A stretch of DNA of 64,000 bases, from contig OZ024743.1 in the NCBI GenBank assembly GCA_964016885.1, positions 37,076,001 to 37,140,000 of the forward strand, in the 5' to 3' direction. Positions within the stretch are counted from its first letter, which is position 1. Every line of letters begins with the position of its first letter. The notes beneath the pieces were generated by a model that was given only the letters and a program-made list of their open reading frames with translations, had not been told where the DNA came from and ran no database searches. The position numbers were made by a program, and so were the translations under genes. Origin of the DNA: Eledone cirrhosa. Lineage: Eukaryota. Below, one piece after another: positions 26,445-41,220 of this stretch.

Positions 26445-27070
26445 TAGCAGATTAAAGTTTAAGCAAAGAATCGCTGCTTTCACCCTTAACGGGATCTTCT
26501 GAAACATATATATACAGTATATATACCTCATAGCCAGACAGAAAGCGCAATACCTACAGCTCATTGTTTATTTCTTAGTCTTTTGTATTGTTTTCTTTCT
26601 TGTTTTCAGAGTCTCCAACACTAATGGGAATAAAGTTATCTTCTGACAAGAGACCTGGCCCGAACTCTTGCAACAGACTGGACTTCGCTAAAGACATACA
26701 AAGATCAAATGATGCTGTTCAATCGGACGAGAGATAAAGTTGACCAGCCTAAGACACAAAGCACAAGGACCCGGAACAAATACCGCAAGAAATCTCATGC
26801 GACATTCACAGTTGCCCCAAACTGATATTTATATTATCCGCCCTGAAAGGATAAAAGGCAAAGATGCCTCCGTGGGATTAGAACTCGGAACACAGTCAGT
26901 TGAAATAACTGCTGCAAGTTAATGTCTTACGCTCTAACGACTCATCAATTCGCTGCCTGTGATTAGTTGGTCGGATGGTAGGTAGGTAGGTTGATACATA
27001 CATACCTGTATACATACATACATACATACATACATACATACATACATACATACATACATACATACATACA

Positions 27071-27606
27071 TGGTGGCTGCCAACTCGTTTTCGAGTACGG
27101 CCACTACTTTATATCCATGTAGGAGAACCTCCACCGATGCGCTGAACGAGTGTGACTTTTTAGTCCAGCCAGTGACTTGAAAACTCTGGTAAAAACACTA
27201 TACTTGTGACAATTATTGACACAGTGCTGGGCCCATGGTACCATGTAACGACAAGTGCAGAGAGATCTCTAGATATAAAGCAATGCCTGTGCCGTGAAGC
27301 TTTTATAGTGAGCAAAGGCACTACACAAAGCCAGTCCCACTCTCTTAACCAAGATGATATTTACCAAAAAGAAGAACAAGTCAACATCATTGGATACCAT
27401 CAGAGTTGCAGGTGTTACATCAGAGTTTTCCTTCTCCTAGAATTCTGCCTTGACAAAGGCTAAGGGGTCATCTCTCCCGGTGATTTTGGATGGCCATTGA
27501 CTCTTAAGAGCTCCTTTGCCCTTTGACAGGTGTTTTTGTTAGTCCTGCAGGATGTTCAAAGTCACCCTCCACAGCAAGAAACCTTGGTGGGGTTGCCAGT
27601 TTAGTC
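27071..27606 (-). mobile_element. ~540-bp non-coding dispersed element, probably an RTE-derived non-autonomous retroposon; second copy at 59651-60231
   Basis: The two copies are highly similar and share the same left end. The minus strand contains CTAGGAGAAGGAAAACTCTGA, a motif recalled from RTE 5' regions. Confidence 0.6.
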
Positions 27607-27664
27607 ATACATACATACATACATACATACATACATACATACATACATACATACATACATACAT

Positions 27665-30408
27665 AATAAAAGATTCAGACGAAACCAAACATCAGTCTAT
27701 AGAGATATGAAGGGCAAAATAATAAGTGTCACTGAGGCCCCATCCCAGAAAGACATAGATTCTTTTTGGAGAAAAATATGGGGTGAAAAGAAGAATTTCA
27801 ACCAAGATGCAGTGTGGCTAAGAGAAATCCGAAAGAATATTGCTCCTACACTACAACAAAAACATACGAAATAAGTGAGGGTACCCTTGAGACTGTGATA
27901 GGAAAATTCCAAGATAAGAAAACACCAGGAAGAGACATGATTGTCGGCTACTGGTACAAAAAACTAATATTCTATCGGAGATATCTTACTGACCTCTACC
28001 AACAAGTTCTTAAGGGAGATACACTTATACCAGAATGGTTGACATTAGCACACACGTTACTGGTCCCCAAGAACAAAGACACCCACTTGGCAAAAAGCTA
28101 CCGACCCATTGCATGCCAGAACCTGATGTATAAGATGTATACAGCCTGCCTGAACCTATTCCTCCAAGATCACTGTGAAAATAATAACATCATCACAGAT
28201 GAACAAGCAGCTGGAAAGAAAAGGGTTTGGGGATGTGCTGAACAACTCCTAATCAACAAAACTGCGATGTCGTAGGTGCGACAACTTAGGAGGAATATGA
28301 CTACAGTCTGGCTGGACTACAGGAAAGCTTTCGATTCTGTTCCCCACTCTTGGATGATAGAGGCCCTCCAACTTGCTAAAGTCCCAGACATTATTGTCAG
28401 AGCCATAGAGAGGCTGTCTTCTTCTTAGGCTACTACACTAAGGTTAAAGACAGAGAGGGAGGACTCTATTTTCACTGATAAAATAAAATATTGCAGGGGT
28501 ATATTTCAGGGGGACAGTCTCTCTGTGATATTGTTTATCTTGTCATTAAACCCCTTGTCATTTCTGCTCAAGAAATGTGAGGGATACATCATTGGCTCAC
28601 AGGAGGACAGAAATACGAACCTAACCCATAACTTCTTTGTGGACGATCTGAAACTCTATGCCAAGAACATGGATGGGATGAAGAAAAATCATGACCTGGT
28701 TACAACGTTCTCAAAGGATATAGGAATGGAGTTTGGCCAAGATAAATGCTCATACATGACTGTAAAGCGGGGAAAAACAACAACCCAATCTAGCAACATT
28801 GTCATCAATGGTCTAACTGTTTCACGGATATCTGATGAGGACTGCTACAGATACCTGGGGATAGATGAGAACATATCCTATAATGGTATCTGTAATAAAG
28901 AACGCGTAACCAGGGAATACCACACCCGATTAAGAAAGATCTAGTCATCGGAACTCTCTGCGCAAAACAAAACAGTGGCTCACAATGTGTTTGCTGTGCC
29001 TGTCCTAACACCAACGTTTGGAATACTCAATGGGACGATAAACGAAATCCGAGCAGTTGATGTTTGAACTCGAAAAATACTGAACAACACCGGAAACTTC
29101 CACATCAACAGTGACATAGACCGCCTTTACTTGGAACGTAAGCAGGGAGGCAGAGGCCTAACATCAGTCCAGACAACATTTGAATGTCGCATCATATCTC
29201 TCCGACAACATCTACGAACCTCGAAGCATAGGAGCCCGCTTCTCGAGCAAGTCTATCTGCATGAAACAGATAAGATCATGAGAGTTGGGAAGGAACTCCT
29301 TGAGAGATATACCCTGTGTGATAATCAAAAACTCACACCCAGAGATGTCGCTCAGCAGTAACGCAGTGAATCCATGGATGAAAAAAATGCATGCCTATCA
29401 GCAAAAAATCATGCATGGATATGTTGCCAGGAAGCTCCAGAGTGAGAGTAGTATAGATAACAACCGCTATATTGGCTCCTACTTTGAAGGATACGCTTTT
29501 GCAATCGAAGAACAGGAGATTATCACGAAATACCTGATTCACAAAAGAGATAGGGATGCAGGCAAATCACCTAGATGTGATAACAAGTGCAGACTCTGCA
29601 GAACTAACATCGAGGATATCACCCATGTCATCAGCAGCTGTCCAAAGATGTCATCGCGGTACTATCTACCTATGAGGCATGATATAGTGGCCAAAACACT
29701 GTACAATGCAGTTCGTAAAAAAGATAGCCCCGATAATAAACTCATTAAAAGCTACAACAATGTGGAAGACATCCATGTACATAATATGAAAGAGTACTGG
29801 TGGAATGTTCCAGTAAAAACCCCAATAAAATGCAGGCATAACAGACCAGATATTATGATATGGGACAAGGAGAAGAAAACATGCACAGTAGTGGAAATTA
29901 GCTGCCCAGCAGATGCCAATATAATATCAAAGATTAGTGAAAAGGAGAATATTTATGCAGAACTGATGAGAAATCTGCAGATACTCCACCCTGATTACAC
30001 CTTCAGATTTATGCCTGTGATTATTGGGGCACTGGGATATGTTAGTAACTGCCTCAATACAAATCTTGAGAAGCTAGGCTTCACAGGAACAGAAAGAACA
30101 CAACTAGTTAGGAAACTACAAGTACAATCCATTAATGGAACAGTAAAAATATGTAAAACATTCCAAAAATGTTGCATCTAATAACTGCATATACACATGT
30201 ACAGATACAAAGCATATACACATGCACACATACAACTCAAAACATCCACATCTACACATACAATAACATCCATATCTACACATGCATGCATACATACATA
30301 TCTACCAAGTTGATGTTGTGTAAATTCCAATGAGAGAGTCTTGTGTCTATGTTTGAAACCGACTCTCTCTCTATTGGGAAAACTTTGTGAAATTATAAAA
30401 CCAGAAGA
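27665..30408 (+). mobile_element. R4/Dong-clade non-LTR retrotransposon (RT + CCHC + RLE), 5'-truncated, multiple stops, inserted in (TACA)n
   Basis: Motifs YRPIACQNLMYK, WLDYRKAFDSVPHSW, GIFQGDSLS, FFVDDLKLY, YRYLG, CRLC..HVISSC, RPDIMIWD..VEISCP and PVIIGALG. (ACAT)n at 27607-27664 and 30409-30490. Confidence 0.92.
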
Positions 30409-30974
30409 ACATACATACATACATACATACATACATACATACATACATACATACATACATACATACATACATACATACATACATACATACACACATACAA
30501 ACATATTTGCATAAATGTATGTATGCGAATGAAATTTCTTAACTACAAAACCATGTCTGCATCTACCATTACAATACATAGTGCCTTTCTATATTCTGAG
30601 ACGAAACCAATAGTTTGTGTTGAAATTGTGATAGGAAATATTATACATTAAACTGTTCATAACAACACACAGAGAATGCACCTACTTTAATCAGATATTG
30701 AAAACTGCAAAGCTATCTTTTGTTGTAGAATTAACGGTTGCAGTGGCTATAATAAAAACTTCAATGATTGCATAATCATCTGCAATGGTTGCATGGTTGC
30801 ATTAACACAATGCAGTAACATTTTCAGCAATGTCAATGAACCCAAATACTTGGTCTCGCTTTATTATGACTGCGATAAATTAGCAGTGTCGTTAGAACGT
30901 CGGATAGGTTGCGTTCTGGTATCCATTCTGGCCCTCTGTTGTATGAATTTAACACCCGCCAAGGCCAGCTTTAC

Positions 30975-31395
30975 CTGACTGCTTTTTGAGCTCGATAAAT
31001 AACATTTTAGCACAGCAGTGATGTCGAGTCTTCCTATATAACTCTTTCACACTTTCTCCCTCCTCCAATCGCCCTCTTTCTCTGCAAGAAATCGGCTGCA
31101 ACCAGACTTGGAGAATGAGGGGCTCTGTCAGGTTTAACTGCCATGATGGTACCCCTACAACTTCATCAGAAGTTAAAGACCTATGCATGCGTAAGTTATC
31201 GGAAATAGTACGAAGAGAATTCAGTCTTTGAATACACAACCCTAAACCATTTGGGTTAAGATTTCTAATGTGGTAAGAGGGATATTCAATGTATAATTGA
31301 TGGGATTTTCGTTTAAGTATAACACTGACATGTAAAAATATAAGATATATTACCAGGTCCAATGAGCGCTCCATACTACAATATTTCTTCAACAT
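30975..31395 (-). CDS. Candidate coding exon of unknown product
   Basis: Non-repetitive 148-codon ATG-started ORF with a hydrophobic stretch LVIYLIFLHVSVIL and a possible donor CAG|GTAAAG at 30975/30974. No recognised homology. Confidence 0.25.
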
Positions 31396-31662
31396 CCACT
31401 AACTCTCACTCTCTTTATACGAGATAAAATATGCAGTCAAACAAACTATAACTACATTACACGAAATCTACAATTTTACAACCTTGTAATCGCCGTGTAA
31501 GTCTGTTATCTGGTAAAAATTGAAATATTTTACGCCAACTCTTCTAATAGATCATACAACCACATGACCCTCTCGTCTCCTCCACACTACCTTACTTTGA
31601 CCTTTATTCTTCCCTGTCCTGGGACTGACCTAACCTATTATATTAATTATTAAGTCGGATAA

Positions 31663-32552
31663 GGGTGATGGATTGGTAGAATCGTTAGAGTTAGGGACAA
31701 AATGCTTTCCAGCATTTAGTTGCAGTTCTTTCAAATTCTGTGAGATCAACGTTGCCTTTCATTATCTGGGGGGTCGATAAAATAAAGTACCAGACACATA
31801 CTGAGGATCGATGTAAACGGCTTTCTTCTGTCCGCAAATTGTTGGCCTTGTGCTTGAATTAAAAAGGGACGGACGCCATGCGTTACAGCATAGAGTTACG
31901 GCCCTTTATGATCTGAGTTCAAATCCCGTCGAGGTTAACTTTGCCCTTCATCCTTACGGGGTCGATAAAATAAAGTACCAGAAATGTACTGAGTAATTGC
32001 TAGCCTTGTGCTAAAAGTAGAAACAATTATTAAGCCGGATTAAAAACTGTTGTTTTAAGTAGTTCAGAATTTATACGGTGCACCTAGACTTTAGTGCCTT
32101 GGATATTGCATCAGGGGAACTAAGTGTCCCTTAAAAGAGTACTTTCTAAAAATCCTTTAGTCCTAGAATTTGTATCAATTACGTTCCTTGTTGCCTGAAG
32201 CACGGCACTATTTAAACACGAACCCGTCTGAAATGGTCTCTATTAAAGTGTTTATATTTTAAGTTTAAAACTTGAACTGAAATCTCATTATTACATACTA
32301 GATAACATTAGATTTCAATATTTAAGCATTTGAGGGCGGTGGATTGGCAGTATCGGTAGAGGGTCGGATGCCTTGCTTTGCAATATAGAGTTACGGCCCT
32401 TTATGATCTGAGTTCAAATCCCGCCGAGGTTGACTTTGCCTTTCATCCTTACGGGGTCGATAAAATAAAGTACCAGTCACGCACTGGGGTCGATTTAATC
32501 GACTTCCTCTCCCCCAAAATTGCTGGCCTTGTGCGTATAAAAGAAACCAATA
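31663..32552 (+). mobile_element. Three family-1 SINE copies (~31663-31860, 31870-32030, 32333-32552)
   Basis: Consensus matches; 32333-32552 is full length. Confidence 0.85.
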
Positions 32553-32799
32553 TTTAAGCATTTGACTTGAGTTGAAAATTAGTTACTTCTCTAAATTTCT
32601 CATAAATATTGATTATTTTGATAATTAAAACACAAAGACAATACATATTCTTGTTAGAAATATGGTTACAAAAGTGTTAGAGAAAGGACAGTAACCAAGC
32701 ATATTTGGCAGAGTAGCAACAGAAACAATAGTAATTATAATAGTAATACTATTATAGTAGTCAATATAACATCTGACTGATAAGATGACAAGTCAGTCA

Positions 32800-33035
32800 A
32801 TCATATTGGTGGCTTCCCAACACCCCCGGCGGACAGAATGGAGAAGGCGTTTCCCCGGAGGACGGCAAGGGAGACGCGCTGGAAAAGCCATTCCAACTCG
32901 CGAGGCTCACACCTGCGGCTGGTCAGCTCAGCGCCTATGGTGATGAGTAGGGAGGTAGCCCAAGGGCTGAAGACAGCAGAAGTCTCCACTGCCAAGGGTA
33001 CAACCGCAAACCTGTCGGAGAGCGACCGGTATTGT
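32800..33035 (-). mobile_element. CRE-clade 3' fragment
   Basis: YRSLSDRFAVVPLAVETS..WLFQRVSLAVLRGNAFSIL. Confidence 0.82.
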
Positions 33036-33904
33036 AGCATGATTAAAAGAACAATCAGGAGCAAACACGTGATAGAAATAATGTGAACGTATGATAGGTT
33101 TTTGGTTTTGCTTTGTTTAGTTTTCTGAAGTAGGGCGGGGGTTAATTTTTAGACAGGGAAAATACCTTCTTTCATTTATATCGTGTTGACAACCTCTTCG
33201 TTTTGTAAGTAGAAAATATTGGAATTACCGTCAATGTGATAATTGGCAATAACTGAAAATATTGCTTCTATTAGCGGTGACGAGTCGCCGAAGACTTTAG
33301 ATTACTTTATGCAGCATTGCTGGTAATTAGGAGTTATAATTCCACCATTCCCTCAGGGATTCTCTAACAACAGCCAGGCATAATAAGTTAAAAAGAGTAT
33401 TTTTCTTGATGTCTTTCTATTACAGCATCTCACGAAGATTCCGTAAATGAGACGTGTCAGCCGTATGAACACGATTAGTTGATATTGTCACTATCATTAC
33501 ATTTAATAATTGTTTCTACTTTTTGGCACAAGGCCAGCAATTATCCCAGTACATTACTGGTACTTTATTTTATCGACCCCGTGAGGATGAAAGGCAAAGT
33601 TAACCTCGGCGGGAATTGAACTCAGATCGTAAAGGGACGTAACTATGCTGGAAAGCATAATCCAACCCTCTACCGATACTGCCAATGATATTTTAAACTA
33701 CGCCAAGCATGCGTGTGTGTGTGTGTGTGTGTATGTGTGTGTGTCTGTGTGTGTGTGTGTCTGTGTGTCTGTGTGTCTGTGTATGTATGTGTGTGTTTGT
33801 GTGCGTGTGTGCGTGCGTGTGTGTCTGTCTGTCTGTGTGTCTCTGTATGTATGTGTGTGTGTCTGTGCGTGCGTGTATGTCTGTCTGTCTGTGTCTCTGT
33901 ATGT

Positions 33905-34033
33905 ATGGGTAATAGGAAAATAGTCAAGATCCCGATGGCAGAGCTCAAGCCGTTTCGACAGCTATTTCTAGAGTCCAGAAATAGCTGTCGAATCGGCTTG
34001 AGCTCTGCCGTCGGGGTCCTGACTATTTTCCTG

Positions 34034-34034
<1 letters not shown>
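33905..34034. mobile_element. Family A fold-back insert, copy 5
   Basis: Imperfect palindrome at 33912-34034, centred in TTCTAGAGTCCAGAA. Confidence 0.82.
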
Positions 34035-34094
<60 letters not shown>

Positions 34095-35082
34095 TATAAT
34101 AAATATGTAAATAGGTAAAATATGTGGAGTGGACCGGAGCAACGTGAAATAAAGTGTCTTGCTGAAAGACACAACTTACCGCCGAGAATCGAGCTCGCGA
34201 CTTTACGATCGTCAGCCGAACACCCTAATCACTAAGGCACAAGCCTTAACGATACTAACATATATGTACCCATAAAGTCGCTGTAAAGTAGGCAACTTCT
34301 GCAATGTAGATCATGGAACATGGATCTCAAGAGTGGTGGTCATCGTTGCTGAGGCAATCAAAGTATCACATGAGACTGCGACAATGAATTAGCGACATTT
34401 CCACAGTTTCCTTCCTTGTGAGGGTACATGGTAGTTGTAGCATAGGCGAGGGCAGTTTGTGATTCTCAATGGACAACCATAAGCGAGTGAGTTAAAATAT
34501 GTGAATGATGAATTGCAAGGCATAAGAAACAAATGATATAATAATCATGATGATGTCCATCATCATCATAATAATGATTTCTGCTATATGCATAAGGCCC
34601 GACATTTTGATGGAAGGGAAAGTCGATTAGACCGACCTAGTACTTTACTACTATTTTATTTTATCGGCCCCAGAATGATGAAAGGCAAATGTGACCTCGT
34701 AGATATCTAAGACTTCTCCGAGAACGTCATCATATTTCCTCTACTAATCCTGTATAGATTGCTAAAATGAAACATCCACCAATCGTATTGCCCGATTGGG
34801 GGAGGGCTGTGAGAACCTGACAACATTCCAGATGTTAGGCACCCTGCCTTGATCTTTTCTTTACCGAGGACTATAGCAATAACATCAATAATAATCGTGC
34901 TACAGTAGAACACATGGTTCATGCAACGAACAAAACAACAGTTTGTCAATACCTATTCACCGGAAACTTTGGCTTTTAACGTTCCGATTCCATTTCCATA
35001 AAAGGCGATCCCTCGTCCCACCATTTTCCTTTAGCGAAAAGTAGCGAAGAATTAACGACTTAAAAAAGATAAAATGTAATCG

Positions 35083-35113
<31 letters not shown>

Positions 35114-35137
35114 TGTATGTATGTATGTATGTATGTA

Positions 35138-35168
<31 letters not shown>

Positions 35169-35495
35169 ATGTTATCTCTTTCTCTTAATTTCGAGTATAT
35201 TTTTTTGACCGGCCACCTTCCTGGTGGCAAGGTTGTAAAAGAAAAGAAATTGTCATTCCTTGAATCGCAAGAATGTTTTGCAAATGTTGATGTATGTATG
35301 TATGTATGTATGTATGTATGTATGTATGTATGTATGTATGTATGTATGTATGTGTGTGTGCATGTATGTATGCATGTTTTGTATATACGTATGTATGTGT
35401 GTGTGTATGTATGTGTGCATGTATGTATATATGTATGTATGTATGTATGTATGCATGCATAAACCTACGTATTTATACATATATATGTGAGTGGG

Positions 35496-35617
<122 letters not shown>

Positions 35618-35929
35618 GAGAGTGCGCGAGATTGCATATGTATATTAAGTGTAAAGAGAAAGCTAACATTCAAAGTCACATTTACCTTTCCCTCTCCCAC
35701 CCTAACTATTTTCTTTTTTTCCTTTCATCCTTTAACTGTTCTTCTTCGATCTGTTGCCCCACCTTTTCTACCCCTCCTCCTCCTCCCCCTCCTCCTCCTT
35801 TTCCACTTGTTTCTCCTCGATGTTTCATTTGAGGATTAGCAGCCTATTGTTTAGTTGCATTTGTTTTGTCTTTTTTCTAGAAGACTCAAGTATCCCAGAG
35901 AATGATCTTGAAAGACGGGAGAAAGAAAA

Positions 35930-36225
35930 GGGTGTGTTAGAGAGGAGGAGGATGAGGAGAGGGGGAAGAGGGGAGACAGAGGGAAGAATGAGAGGTAGAG
36001 GGGAGAGAGATAGGGATAAGAGGGAAAGAGGGGAAGAGAGATGGGGGAAAGGGAAGAGGGAGAGAGATAGGAGGAAGAGGGAGGGAGGGAAAGAGAGAGA
36101 GAAATATATAGAGACAGAGAGGGGGAGGAGAGAGGAGGAAGAGAGAGAGGGGGAGAGGGTGAGAGGGGGTAGAGAGAGGGAGAGAGGTAGAGAGAGAGAG
36201 AAATATATATATAGAGAGAGAGGGG
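35930..36225. repeat. Purine-rich (G/A) low-complexity tract
   Basis: Almost pure A/G on the + strand. Confidence 0.9.
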
Positions 36226-37826
36226 TGGGATGGATGTTTGTGTAAGTGAATTGAAAGATAGTAATAGACCCAAGGTAGTGAGATTTATTGTGAGAAATAA
36301 TTGTTTCTACTTTTGGCACAAGGTCAGCAATTCACCAGTACATTACTGGTACTTTATTTTATCGAGGCAAAGTTAACCTCAGCGGGATTTGAACTCAGAA
36401 TGGCAAGGGCAGTAACTCTATGCGTCAAAGCATGGTGTCCGACGCTTTACCGATACTGCCAATCGACCGCTAATAGAGAAATAATTGTTTCTACTTTAGG
36501 CACAAGGCCAGCAATTACCCAGTACATTACGCCAATAGAGAAATAATAAGGTAGAATAAGAGAGAAAGGGGTGAAAACATAATAGGAGAGTGTGATATAA
36601 GATGACACAAATTTTAGAGATAATGCTGTGAATGGGTGAGTGTGTGTGTGTGTGTGAGAGAGAGTGTGTGTGTGTGTGTATGTGTGTGAAAGAGAGAGTG
36701 TGTGTGTGTGAATGAGTGAGAGTGTGTGTGTGTGTGTGTGTGACCCTAGAGTCCTAACCTTTCCTTTCCTTTTCCAGTTTTAAATATTGTTAGTATTTTT
36801 CTAATTATTTCATAGTCATTCATTTATTTAGTTACTCCGTTATTATTTCATTTCTGTTTCTTTTCTGATTAAATATTTATATTTTCATTTATTGCTATAA
36901 ACCTTAAAAATAAAAGAATATCGACGTTTATCAAATAACTGTTTCTACTTTAGGCACAAGGCCAGCAATTACCCAGTACATTACTGGTACTTTATTTTAT
37001 CGACCCCGTAAGGATGAAAGGCAAAGTTAACCTCGGCGGGATTTGAACTCTGGCTGTAAAGGGACGTAACTATGCTAGAAAACATGGCGTCCAACCCTCT
37101 ACCGATACTGCCAATTCACCGACCCTTTATCAAATAACCGACGTTTATCAAATAACGAATGAGAATGAATGACAAAAGAGCTGAATGTATGTGAAGTATG
37201 TGAAAGTATCTGAGATATAGTGAATGTCTAGGGAAAGGGAAAAGATAATAGAATGTGAGAGGGGGAAGTACTACACCTTCTAATGTGTTATTTTACATGG
37301 ATATTTGCATGCAAAAGAGGTGGGTAACATCACCTATTTGAAACCACAAGCATGACATGCCATGGCGCATAAGCAGTGAAAGGGTTTGTGTGTGTATGGA
37401 CACAGCATGGCCAAATCGTGAAAATATTTTAAATTATAAACATTATGAAGGATGTAGTGAAATAACTAGCTTAATAATTAAAAAAAAAATACATATTTAA
37501 CAATCTAAATTCACAACTTAAATTTGAACACTCTAATAGAGGCGGTATCCTGCATTTGAAATATGGTAATGAAAATGTTAATCTATGATGCCATTTGGTG
37601 AGGAGGATGTGTGGCTAAGTGATGTCTAGAATTGCCCTTTCTAGAATTTTGCACATTGTAAAGTGATGGGCTGTTGTGATTTTATTTCATTTCGGTAATT
37701 ATTTCCATTTAAAATTCTAATAAGTTTGCCAAACTTTGATATCAAGGATTCTCACACCTTTTTTTGCCATCGACCCATTTCATGGAATCCTTCACCCACC
37801 CACCCTCATTTACTCCAGGCATGTAG

Positions 37827-37913
<87 letters not shown>

Positions 37914-38469
37914 AATTTAGTACAGCATTAACGAAGCTTTAGGCTGCGGCTAAGCTAACGAATGCAGATTCGGAATGTAGCTTTAGCACTCGATGGAGAA
38001 TAATACCCCAGAGTAATAACAATACGTTTAGACACCTTTGAAAATCAAATATAGCGACCGGCAGTCCAGCCGCATTGCCATAGCAACGAAAAAGACTGAA
38101 CTCAGGGAAAGATTTTTTGACTGACCTGGACCATCGCGCGGAGATCGAATGTAACACATAACGCATATCGTATAGCATACGATATACATCACATATAACA
38201 TACAACATCCACGCTAGGTTTCTGTAAATCCGAAATCGACTAATTCCGCTTGCAGGGGTTTGCAAGTTAATGGCCTTTGACGACAGAACAAAGGATTTAC
38301 TTCGTCAACAAGTCTTGCGTTCTATAGCCTCAGCGGGTGTGTTCTAGCAGTAAATTTCGCTATAGACACGTGATTTTCTCAAAGGTTTTGGCGGTGAATT
38401 CGAAATTTGAGACAAAGGAATGAAATTCCCTTAGACAAACCGAATTAAGCACTCAACCAGATATATAAG

Positions 38470-38580
<111 letters not shown>

Positions 38581-38839
38581 ATAATATGGAAAACGAAAAA
38601 TCAGTGATGCATCGGAACACAATTTATTACGTATTATAATTGTTTCCCCGGCGAACAGCTCGAGGTGCGATCTGTTCAGAAAGAGGATTTGCTTCGAAGT
38701 CACTAGACGTATCTGAGGAACTTGCGAATCCAGAGTTAGGTTCGATCTACAAACAGATCGCAGCTCGAGCTGTTCACTGGAGAAACAATTGAAATTCGTT
38801 AATAAATTGTTCCGATGCACCACTGATTCTTCGTTTTCC

Positions 38840-38846
<7 letters not shown>
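38581..38846. mobile_element. Imperfect ~95-bp-arm inverted-repeat insert related to the 59 kb extended hammerhead
   Basis: Arms at ~38581-38676 and ~38752-38846. The right arm ACAGATCGCAGCTCGAGCTGTTCACTGGAGAAAC resembles 59181-59214. Confidence 0.65.
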
Positions 38847-38914
<68 letters not shown>

Positions 38915-40604
38915 ATCAGCAAGCAGAATATAAAATAGACAGACAATAAAATCAAGTTACATATAAATTAGAAACTTGCATAAACAAGTTGTATTTTATT
39001 GCATTGATTTATGCATTTTCCATTTCTTATACAAATTACAGGATTTGAGTCCAAAAGTTCAATCCATACCCTGAGTAGTTCCATCGACCCCTGTTCAAGA
39101 TTCTGGAAATTTGACAATGTTGTGGTATGAGTAATTGTAGATGCTGGCAAGTGCAAGGATTCTTTCAAACACTAGGTGTCTGTGATTTCATCTTACACAA
39201 GGTTTATCAGCTTTTAGATCTCTTTCTGACATTTTTAAGTGTTTGGTAAGAAAAGGTTTAAATTGTTGTCCAAGTAGAATGTATATAGTTTTCGTTTTGG
39301 ATTCCTCTGTCTTTTCTGTGTCGTTTGTGGAAGAGGGTTTTGAGATATGTTTGATGATGGGCGGGGTGTGGTGGGGTGTAGTGGGATTATTCTATTTGAG
39401 GTTGTTAATGTTTTGCTCATGTATGCATGTATGTTTGTCTATGATTATGTATCTTTGTTGGCCTGAAGAGACATGTTTGTTTTTTTGTTATGTATCGCCA
39501 GATCAACCTTCTTTGAACAGACCTATGATGAAAGTCACTCTCCTCATTACCATACTGCCTTACTTGTATATCAGAAACTACACGTCCTTTGTATCCTATA
39601 TTTAAGGTGGTAGGTTTTGGTTTGTGGGGGATATTGCTAATATTTGTAGCATGTTCAGTGAACGTGTAAAGCTTCCCTTATCGATCAATCAACGTAGTAT
39701 GGTTATACTATTTGAGGTTCTTAGTGTTTTTGCTTATGTATGTTTGCCTATCATAATTTATCTTTGTGGGCGGTGATTTGGCAGTATTGGTAGAGGGTCG
39801 AACGCCATGCTTTGACGCATAGAGTTACGGCCCTTGCCATTCTGAGTTCAAATCCCACCGAAGTTAACTTTGCCTTTCATCCTTACGGGGTCGATAAAAT
39901 ATAGTACCAGTAATACACTGGGTCATTTGTTGGCCTTGTGGTAAAAGTAGAAACAATTATTTATCTTTGTGGGGTGATTCAGTGTACCTACATATATGTT
40001 GTATGTGGGTTGATCTGTATGCTGGGGTAAACGTGGGTTGTTTATAAACTTCCATGAATGAATGTGCCTACACATGCATTTATGTACTTTCGTGTATGTA
40101 TATTTGAATTTAAGTATTTACACTTTTACACAGCGTATGAATGAGTAATTATATACTCACATGTGTATATTTGTATTTGCAGTTGTGTACATATATGTGC
40201 TTTTATTGTATGTGTCCGAATGATTATGTTTGTGTATGTTTGTGCGTGAGTGTATGTGTATGATTATATGTGTGTGTTTTGTTTAGCTGGGCTCGTATAT
40301 GTATATATGTCTAATTTTAAGCTTGCATGCAGGTATAAATTTATTTACGAATGTGTCTGTGTATGTATGTGTACATATATCTAAGCATATCTATGATCAA
40401 AGACATTCCAGCCATGATCAACCCATCTGTATCCAAACAATACGTGTTTTCTGTGGTGGGGGGTGGGGGGTAAATTATTTGGCATGATTTTAGAGAAATT
40501 TGGGTGCTATTTCTAGCATGTTTAGTGGCCGTATAGAGGCTCTCTCATTGGCTGGTTTCTGTGTCTGTGCATTTGTGCATATGGTGTGCATGCGTGTATG
40601 CATG

Positions 40605-40683
<79 letters not shown>

Positions 40684-40932
40684 CGAGTGTGAGTGTGAGT
40701 GTATGTGTGTGGCTGTCAATTTACCATGGGAAATGTGCTTCCATTTGCTTTACAGTACCAAATATCAGGCCAGCTCAATTGACGCTTGAAAGTAGTTCAG
40801 TAGATTTAAATGAGTTAGCGTTGATGTTATTTTAACTCTTTGTTATGGAAGGGATGAAGAGTTATGTGTGTGGATTAGAATAATCGAGAATATAGAAGTT
40901 TAAGGAAGAACTAAGTCGGACTTAAAGCTTTT

Positions 40933-41220
40933 TTAACCCTATCAATACTGATATTTTGTTAATGATATCTAACATGGTTAATTTTTATAAACTGGGAGAA
41001 CGTTATACCAGTAATATCCACATTGCTTAATATGATAAATAAGTGAACACAACTTAGGTTGATGACATAAACTAAATTATTTACAAAGCAATGAAAAAGT
41101 CAATTAGCTTTGCCAAAATACCGTTTTGTCACATCCCAATCGTTTTATAATAAAAAGAATTTTGTAGAATGCAAACTATATTTTGGGATCTATAGGTCTT
41201 TACAGTATTGAAATGGTTAA
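40933..41220. mobile_element. piggyBac-like MITE
   Basis: TTAA-CCCTATCAATACTG ... CAGTATTGAAATGG-TTAA. Similar TTAA-bounded relics at ~12170-12513, 54240-54500 and 55197-55385. Confidence 0.6.

Noticed and set aside
26590-26740. Polypyrimidine-CAG acceptor followed by a 41-codon open frame; similar case at 39042-39124
   Set aside because: No recognisable protein and no consistent exon chain; could be chance or non-coding.
28832-28838. CTGATGA word (similar words at 987, 1895, 4973, 32967, 39463)
   Set aside because: No properly placed helices, GAAA and NUH; several lie in TE coding sequence.
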